NCBI GenBank assembly: GCA_030650095.1
Contig: JAUSEE010000062.1
Coordinates: 1 to 62,160 of the forward strand
Direction: 5' to 3'
Length of the DNA: 62,160 nt
From: Candidatus Buchananbacteria bacterium
GTDB taxonomy: Bacteria; Patescibacteriota; Patescibacteriia; 2-01-FULL-39-33
Of this stretch, positions 56,258 to 62,160 are shown piece by piece. The notes beneath the pieces are model-generated. The model was not told where the DNA came from and did not search any database. It saw nothing but the letters and a program-made list of their open reading frames with translations. The translations under genes and the position numbers were made by a program. Each line of letters starts with the position of its first letter. Positions within the stretch are counted from its first letter, which is position 1.

Positions 56258-57988
56258 TTACATTTGATCAAGTGGCTCGATGCCCAAAATGGACAGGCCG
56301 TTAACCAAAACCTTCCGGACAGAATCAACTAAGATCAATCTGGCCTCTTTGATATCCTTGGACGAATTGATAATGGGAAACTTCTGATAAAAAGAAGAGA
56401 AAAGTCTAGCCAAATCAAACAAATATTTAGCGATTATGCTGGGATCGTAATTTTTAGACGATTCGGCCACTATTTCCGGCCAGCTGGCCAGCTGCAACAT
56501 GATTTCTTTTTCCAAATCGCTGTTTATTTTAGCATAATCAATTTTGGCCAAACCGCTGAATTTAGCTTTTTTAAGCACGCTGTTGATACGGCTGCAAGTG
56601 TATTGGATATAAGGGCCGCTAAAGCCGTCAAAGCTGAGTGATTCATCAATGTCAAAAGTTATGATGCTGTTATTGCCCACCTTTAACATATTGAATTTAA
56701 TGGCTGACAAGGCTATCTTGCGGGAAACCTCTTCGGTCTTTTTTTCCGGCCACTCCTGATGCCTGGTTTTGGTTTCAATTTTAGCCCGGCCAAAGACAGA
56801 ATTATAAAAATCTTTGAATAAAACCACATTGCCCTCTCGAGAAGCCATGGCTCCATCTTTTAGGGTGACGAATTCATAGGGTATGTGGACCATCTTCTTT
56901 TTAAAACCGATGACTTCCATGGTTTTAAAAAACTGCTGCAGATAAAAGCTTTGCCGGCTGTCTACTACCACAATGCTTTCGTCGATTTTAAATTTTTCAA
57001 ATTTTAATTTGGCCAAAGCCAATTCTTTGGTGGAATAAAGCGATGAGCCGTCTGACTTTAAAAGCAGGAATTTTTTTAAATCGTACTTTTCCAAATCAAT
57101 GATAACCGCTCCTTCTGATTTTTCGGCTACACCTTTTTTAAGCAGATCTGCCACTATTTTTTTGCCTGGCTTTTCCACTTCGCTTTCATAAAAAAAATGA
57201 TCAAATTGAATGCCTAGTATTTTATAAATCTTATCAAAATCGTCCAAACTCCACTTTCTGGTCTTTTTCCATAAGTCCAGCCACTTCTTACTCTCTCCGC
57301 CGAAAGATTTTGGATCTCCGCTTTCCAATTTCTGCAAAATATCATCAACTTCTTTTTTGTAATCGGGATTGGCTTCCAGTTTTTTAGAGCCATTAGTGTA
57401 GACCTGTCCCAAAAACTTGCCTTTGTCCTCGGGCAAATCTTTGTCTTTATAAAATTTATCATAAGCCCAAAGGCATTTGGCCACATGAGCCCCCACATCG
57501 CCGATATAATTAACCGGCATAACCTTGTTGCCGGAGAATCTAAGCAAATTAACCAAGCTGTTGCCTAAAATGGCATTCCTCAAATGGCCGATATGGAATT
57601 CTTTATGGGTGTTGGGCTGGGAAAATTCCAGCATTATTTTCTGATGATTGATTTTTAATCGGCCATAATCATTTTTAGCTTTTTGTATTTCGCTAATGAC
57701 ACTTTTGCCTAAAACAGCCGGATCAATAAAAAAATTCAAGTAAGGCCCGACATTTTTCAGGGCTTTGATTATGCCGCCCGGATTTATTTTGGCCGATAAT
57801 TCCTCAGCTACCTTAGTGGGAGATTTTCTGGTTAATTTTGACAGATAAAAACAAGGTACAGCCAAATCGCCCAAAGTGGAATCGGGCGGCACCACTATTT
57901 CTAATTTATCAATATCAAAATCAGGCTCAATGGCTTGGGCGATCAAATCTAATATTTGTTTTTTGATTTTTAAAATTGTGTATTCCAT
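56258..57988 (-). CDS. argS: Arginyl-tRNA synthetase
   Basis: Class I HIGH motif (FHIGHLRN), ArgRS N-terminal and DALR anticodon-binding regions. Confidence 0.93.
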   Translation of the reverse strand: MEYTILKIKKQILDLIAQAIEPDFDIDKLEIVVPPDSTLGDLAVPCFYLSKLTRKSPTKVAEELSAKINPGGIIKALKNVGPYLNFFIDPAVLGKSVISEIQKAKNDYGRLKINHQKIMLEFSQPNTHKEFHIGHLRNAILGNSLVNLLRFSGNKVMPVNYIGDVGAHVAKCLWAYDKFYKDKDLPEDKGKFLGQVYTNGSKKLEANPDYKKEVDDILQKLESGDPKSFGGESKKWLDLWKKTRKWSLDDFDKIYKILGIQFDHFFYESEVEKPGKKIVADLLKKGVAEKSEGAVIIDLEKYDLKKFLLLKSDGSSLYSTKELALAKLKFEKFKIDESIVVVDSRQSFYLQQFFKTMEVIGFKKKMVHIPYEFVTLKDGAMASREGNVVLFKDFYNSVFGRAKIETKTRHQEWPEKKTEEVSRKIALSAIKFNMLKVGNNSIITFDIDESLSFDGFSGPYIQYTCSRINSVLKKAKFSGLAKIDYAKINSDLEKEIMLQLASWPEIVAESSKNYDPSIIAKYLFDLARLFSSFYQKFPIINSSKDIKEARLILVDSVRKVLVNGLSILGIEPLDQM

Positions 57989-58075
57989 TAGCCTTATTCT
58001 AGCTTAAAATCACCCAATAATCAAACAAAAAACCGTTTCAGCTAAGAAACGGTTGCTACTCTCCGGCAAAAATAT

Positions 58076-58459
58076 TCACTTTGGCAAAGTGACTGGGTTT
58101 AAATCAACTTTCTTTACAGGAATATTTTTTGAACCGACATTACCCTCTTGTGCCATTAAAAACTTGCAAAGTTCATGCCGTCCTCGGCTACAAGTGGTTC
58201 TAATTAAAAGAAGCAAATTATCCTTGGCGTGCTGTTCAATCCAACTATCATGATCAAGCAAGAGTTGGATATCATGCAAACTTACTTTCAAAAGCTGGGC
58301 TAATTCCAAATGATGCAAACCATGTTCTTTAATGAAGGTCTTAAAATCCACCAAGCCGGTAGCGCTCGGGGCCTTAGGTCCGGCCTTGATGACTTCATTA
58401 AATCCGTCAATTTCCCGGCGAAACAAGATATACTTTATTTCTACTGCTTTTTCACTCAT
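58076..58459 (-). CDS. Hypothetical protein, 127 aa, orphan (possible HTH segment)
   Basis: SD aaaggagg upstream, own promoter (TTGACA 58557-58552, TGaTAAAAA 58536-58528), terminator at about 58030-58060. Confidence 0.6.
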   Translation of the reverse strand: MSEKAVEIKYILFRREIDGFNEVIKAGPKAPSATGLVDFKTFIKEHGLHHLELAQLLKVSLHDIQLLLDHDSWIEQHAKDNLLLLIRTTCSRGRHELCKFLMAQEGNVGSKNIPVKKVDLNPVTLPK

Positions 58460-58563
58460 GGACGCCTCCTTTTGGGGGTATAAAAGTGCTGATAATATGA
58501 ATGTACGCCCATATTCTTAATAGGATATTTTTATCATAAAAGACTGATTCTTGTCAAGACAGT

Positions 58564-58592
58564 TTGACAATACCAGCTGGCTGGATTACAAT
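58564..58592 (+). promoter_or_regulatory. Sigma70 promoter of the thrS leader
   Basis: TTGACA (58564-58569), 17-nt spacer, TACAAT (58587-58592). Back-to-back with the divergent -35 box inside the palindrome TTGTCAAgacagtTTGACAA. Confidence 0.7.
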
Positions 58593-58598
58593 TTTAAA

Positions 58599-58786
58599 TG
58601 TAAACGATTGAGGCGCCCACCAAACGCCTGCTCTAACTTTAGAGTCATAAAAATTAATTTATGCCAAGTTTTTTACCAAAGAGCCTGCCACTTAAGACAG
58701 GAAATGCGGGTGGAACCGCGGAAGGAGAATAAAACCTTTCGTCCCGAACATATTTTTAGGTATGTTTAGGAGGAAAGGTTTTTTTA
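58599..58786 (+). promoter_or_regulatory. T-box riboswitch (Thr) upstream of thrS
   Basis: T-box core gcggg-UGGAACC-gcgg (58706-58721). Antiterminator helices cggg/cccg and gcggaagg/ccuuucgu. Competing terminator aaaccuuucgucc...ggaggaaagguuu followed by U7 (to 58785). Candidate specifier ACC-A is in the hairpin loop ggcg-cccACCAaa-cgcc (58612-58628). Confidence 0.85.
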
Positions 58787-58806
58787 ATAAAAAATAATTT
58801 AATTGT

Positions 58807-60531
58807 ATGGATGATCAACAACTTCAAAAAATACGCCATTCAACTTCCCATATCTTGGCTTATGCGGTTAAGGAAATTTTTGGCTCGGAAGTTAAATTCG
58901 CCATCGGCCCGACGATTGACGACGGCTTTTATTATGATTTTGATTTGAGCGGCCAGACATTTTCTACCGATGACTTGAAAAGAATAGAAAAGAAAATGAT
59001 GGAATTGATCAAGAAAAAATCAGATTTTAACAGAACAGAAACGGATATCAAAACCGCTCTGGAAAAAACCAAAGCCCAGCCCTACAAGCAAGAATTGATA
59101 AATGATTTGGCCAAAGAAGGCGAGAAAAATGTCAGCTTTTACCAAGTTGGGGAATTTGAAGATCTCTGCCGCGGGCCTCATGTGGAAAATACCAAAGAGC
59201 TGGGGCATTTTAAATTGCTTAAAATAGCCGGCGCTTATTGGCGGGGCGATGAAAAGAATAAAATGTTGCAGAGAATCTACGGCACAGCCTTTAAAACCAA
59301 AGATGAGTTGCAAAAATACCTAATCATGTTGGCAGAAGCAGAAAAAAGAGATCATAAAAAATTAGGCCGAGAGTTGGATTTGTTTTCTTTCCAAGAAGAA
59401 GGCCCGGGTTTTCCCTTTTTTCATGATAAAGGAACTATTATTTGGAATGCTCTGGTGGATTTTATGAGGCAAGAAATGAAAAAAAGGAATTATGAAGAAA
59501 ACAAAACACCGATTATTTTAAACGAAGACCTGTGGCGAACATCAGGACATTGGGATCACTACAAAGAAAGCATGTATTTTACCACTATCGACGAAAAAAA
59601 ATTCGCTGTTAAACCCATGAATTGCCCCGGCAATCTGCTAATCTATAAAACCAATCAGCATTCTTACAAAGATTTGCCGATTAAAGCTGGCGAATTCGGC
59701 TTGGTTCATCGCCATGAAAAAAGTGGTGTCTTAAATGGCTTGTTTAGAGTTAGAAATTTTACCCAAGATGATGCTCATATTTTCTGCACAGCTGATCAAT
59801 TAAAAGAGCAAATAATCGAATTGATTGATTTTGTTGATTTCATTTATAAGACTTTTGGTTTTAAATATTTAATGGAGCTAAGCACTAAGCCGGAAAAAGC
59901 CATGGGTTCTAAAGAAACTTGGGACAAGGCCGAATCAGCCTTAAAAGAAGTCCTGAAAGAAAAAAACATTGAGTTTAAAATCAATGAAGGCGACGGCGCT
60001 TTTTACGGTCCTAAAATAGATTTTCATTTGAAGGACGCCATTGGCCGAACTTGGCAATGCGGCACTATTCAATTGGATTTCTCCATGCCGGAAAAATTTG
60101 ATTTGGAATATACGGGCGAAGACGGTAAAAAACATCGGCCGATAATGCTGCATCGGGCTATCTATGGCAGCATAGAAAGATTTTTAGGCATATTGATAGA
60201 ACATTACGCCGGCGCTTTCCCACTCTGGCTCTCCCCAGTTCAAATTATAGTTATTCCCATATCAGAAAAATTTGCCGGCTACGGCCACCAAGTTATGGAA
60301 AAATTCAAACGAGAAAATATAAGAGTAAAAATAGACGATAGCAATGAATCGCTGGGCAAAAGGATTAGAAATGCCGAAAAAGAAAAAATCCCCTACATCG
60401 TGGTAGTGGGCGAAAAAGAACAAGGCGAAAAAACTTTAGCTATCAGAAAAAGAGGAGAAGGCGATCTGGGCTCCAAAAAGATTGACGACTTTATGGCCGC
60501 CATAAAAACAGAAATTACTGATAAGAAATAA
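58807..60531 (+). CDS. thrS: Threonyl-tRNA synthetase (lacks the N-terminal TGS domain)
   Basis: Starts in the editing/second additional domain (HSTSHILAYAV...GFYYDF). Class II motifs and C-terminal anticodon-binding domain present. Confidence 0.95.
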   Translation: MDDQQLQKIRHSTSHILAYAVKEIFGSEVKFAIGPTIDDGFYYDFDLSGQTFSTDDLKRIEKKMMELIKKKSDFNRTETDIKTALEKTKAQPYKQELINDLAKEGEKNVSFYQVGEFEDLCRGPHVENTKELGHFKLLKIAGAYWRGDEKNKMLQRIYGTAFKTKDELQKYLIMLAEAEKRDHKKLGRELDLFSFQEEGPGFPFFHDKGTIIWNALVDFMRQEMKKRNYEENKTPIILNEDLWRTSGHWDHYKESMYFTTIDEKKFAVKPMNCPGNLLIYKTNQHSYKDLPIKAGEFGLVHRHEKSGVLNGLFRVRNFTQDDAHIFCTADQLKEQIIELIDFVDFIYKTFGFKYLMELSTKPEKAMGSKETWDKAESALKEVLKEKNIEFKINEGDGAFYGPKIDFHLKDAIGRTWQCGTIQLDFSMPEKFDLEYTGEDGKKHRPIMLHRAIYGSIERFLGILIEHYAGAFPLWLSPVQIIVIPISEKFAGYGHQVMEKFKRENIRVKIDDSNESLGKRIRNAEKEKIPYIVVVGEKEQGEKTLAIRKRGEGDLGSKKIDDFMAAIKTEITDKK

Positions 60532-60549
60532 ATTATTGGGTTTAAAAAA

Positions 60550-60573
60550 CTCGGGTTAAAACCCGAGTTTTTT
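60550..60573 (+). terminator. Intrinsic terminator of thrS
   Basis: Hairpin ctcgggtt-aaa-acccgag followed by T6. Confidence 0.75.
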
Positions 60574-60576
60574 GTC

Positions 60577-60605
60577 TTGACAATTTACTCTTTATATGAT
60601 AAGAA
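60577..60605 (+). promoter_or_regulatory. Sigma70 promoter (extended -10 type)
   Basis: TTGACA (60577-60582), 17-nt spacer ending in TGA, TAAGAA (60600-60605). Confidence 0.5.
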
Positions 60606-60638
60606 TTAATTTATCAGCACCTTACAAGGAGAAGAAAA

Positions 60639-61244
60639 GTGGAAAATCATCAAACATTCTTAGATCGCCTGAGGCTAAAAGTTACCGATCATGAATTAGT
60701 TTTAATAGACTGGGCCTATATCTTTGCCAAATACGGGCACCGCAATCAAAAAAGAGATGATGGCACAAGATATTTTGACCACCTAAGATCAACAGCTTTG
60801 ATTTTAATAGATGAGTTGCAAATCTTTGACAGCCAAATGATCATGGCCGCCCTCATGCACGACATGTTGGAAGACAGCTTTCTGTTAAACATGGAAAGAA
60901 TTAAAGTTATTTTTGGCCAGGAAGTGGCTTATGCGGTAATGCTTTTAAGCCTGCCGGAAATGGACGAATCCATATTTACCTCCAAACAAGATCGTTTGGA
61001 GGCTTATCATCAGACTATTTTAAATAGTCCGCCCAAGGTTATGATTATCAAGTTATGCGATCGTCTTCACAATCTAAGAACAATGCCCAGTTGCACGCCG
61101 GAAAAAATAAAGCGTAAAGCTGAGGAGACTAGAGAGCATTATGTGCCACTTATTGATCTTTTGCAGAAAGATTATCCGCAAATAGCTGCAAAACTTAAAA
61201 TTGAATACGACAAAGCTCTGGCCCAGCTGCCAGAAACAGTCTAA
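60639..61244 (+). CDS. HD-domain (p)ppGpp hydrolase of the RelA/SpoT family (small alarmone hydrolase-like)
   Basis: YGHRNQKRDDGTRYFDHL, AALMHDMLED and KLCDRLHNLRTM match the RSH hydrolase-domain motifs. GTG start with SD aaggag 7 nt upstream. Confidence 0.8.
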   Translation: MENHQTFLDRLRLKVTDHELVLIDWAYIFAKYGHRNQKRDDGTRYFDHLRSTALILIDELQIFDSQMIMAALMHDMLEDSFLLNMERIKVIFGQEVAYAVMLLSLPEMDESIFTSKQDRLEAYHQTILNSPPKVMIIKLCDRLHNLRTMPSCTPEKIKRKAEETREHYVPLIDLLQKDYPQIAAKLKIEYDKALAQLPETV

Positions 61245-61253
61245 AGGAGACTG

Positions 61254-61547
61254 GTGATGAAAAAAGACACAAGAATATCTGAAAATAAGTTTAAACAATT
61301 ACTCGGCATAAGCCTGCGCCGCCAGCGAAAAAAACTCCGTTTAACGCAAGATCAGGTGGCCAAGCATGCCGGAATTACTCGAAACTATTTGAGTTTGATT
61401 GAGAACGGAAAACGCACTGGCACTATTTGGACCATACACAGTATTGCGACTGCTGTGGGCATTGAACTATCGGCAATTATCACCTCTGCTAAAGAGGCTG
61501 TGCAAATTCCTGTCTCACAAATAAGAGAAAGACTTAAAAATATCTAA
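61254..61547 (+). CDS. XRE-family helix-turn-helix transcriptional regulator
   Basis: LRLTQDQVAKHAGITRNYLSLIENGKR. Confidence 0.85.
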   Translation: MMKKDTRISENKFKQLLGISLRRQRKKLRLTQDQVAKHAGITRNYLSLIENGKRTGTIWTIHSIATAVGIELSAIITSAKEAVQIPVSQIRERLKNI

Positions 61548-61587
61548 GAGAATCTACCAACCGAATTATTAATTTAATTCGGTTTTT

Positions 61588-62160
61588 TTATTGCGATTTT
61601 ATTTTTTTTATTTTACTCTTATCAGCTACCGGCAAACTGAAAGAAAACTTGCTGCCTTGATCCTTGCCGGCGCTTTCCACCCAAATCCGGCCACCCATAT
61701 TTTCTATCACCATTCTGGCAAAATAAAGCCCCAAACCGGTACCCTCGGTATAAACCTGCATCATGCCTTGGCCTCGGACAAACTTTTCAAACAACCTGGG
61801 CAAATCTTCGGGCAAAACCCCAATGCCTGTGTCCTGGCAATTAAAGACTATTGATTGGCTTTCCAGATGAAGCCCAACGATAATACTGCCCTTATTGGTA
61901 TACTTAATGGAATTATCCATCAAATTGGATATAACTTCTTTAATCTTCTGTGGATCAACTAAAACTGGGGGCAATTCGGCATCGGGCAAAAATTCAAATT
62001 TTAAACCTTTCTTTTGGGCCTTTTGTTTAAAACCGTCAAAAATCGATTCTGTTATTTTAGCCAAATCAGCCGCTTGAAGATCAAATTCCAAACGCCCGGA
62101 CTCAATACGAGAAATATTCAAGAGGCTTTCCACTAGACTAATAAGCCTTTCATTGGACAA
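61588..62160 (-). CDS. Sensor histidine kinase, C-terminal part (N-terminus lies beyond the window)
   Basis: HATPase_c boxes: N (NLMDNSIKYT), G1 (DTGIG), G2 (GTGLGL). The ORF runs off the right edge. Confidence 0.85.
   Translation of the reverse strand: MSNERLISLVESLLNISRIESGRLEFDLQAADLAKITESIFDGFKQKAQKKGLKFEFLPDAELPPVLVDPQKIKEVISNLMDNSIKYTNKGSIIVGLHLESQSIVFNCQDTGIGVLPEDLPRLFEKFVRGQGMMQVYTEGTGLGLYFARMVIENMGGRIWVESAGKDQGSKFSFSLPVADKSKIKKIKSQ

Overview
AT-rich, gene-dense bacterial chromosome segment. The gene content looks like a reduced-genome, CPR/Patescibacteria-like organism: four-subunit pyruvate:ferredoxin oxidoreductase, a TM-anchored solute-binding protein, giant repetitive surface proteins, trimmed housekeeping proteins and many small intergenic palindromes. 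This placement is an inference, not verified. Housekeeping genes I recognise: a PGM/PMM fragment, plsC, trpS, rnj, secG, dsbA-like, porGDAB, cyclophilin, rmlA-like, uvrA, recA, rodZ-like, ftsK, rpoC, rpoB, a desaturase, an NMO/FabK-like gene, murE-like, ruvA, a U32 peptidase, ileS, ferredoxin, a REC-only response regulator, argS, thrS, an HD-type (p)ppGpp hydrolase, an XRE regulator and a histidine kinase fragment. There is one tRNA-Leu(CAG). Main points of interest: (1) ileS carries an in-frame histidine-phosphatase (PGAM-like) domain insertion. (2) A directional, highly structured repeat of about 140 nt occurs five times, with an insertion variant and a deletion variant. Its wobble pairs and one compensatory change fit an RNA transcribed in one orientation, and one copy lies between a T-box leader and the ileS start codon. 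(3) T-box leaders precede thrS (canonical terminator) and ileS, both with the candidate specifier codon in a small terminal hairpin loop. (4) Two operons downstream of rpoC form a surface-protein locus with 1815-aa and 926-aa proteins that share a Cys-bracketed module, an internal tail-fibre-type chaperone-like domain and a DUF916/DUF3324-like anchor protein. (5) A set of orphan genes share consensus promoters and a leader motif AUCAGCACCUU; two of them also share a cassette-like structured upstream module. No CRISPR array, rRNA, transposase or integrase was seen.
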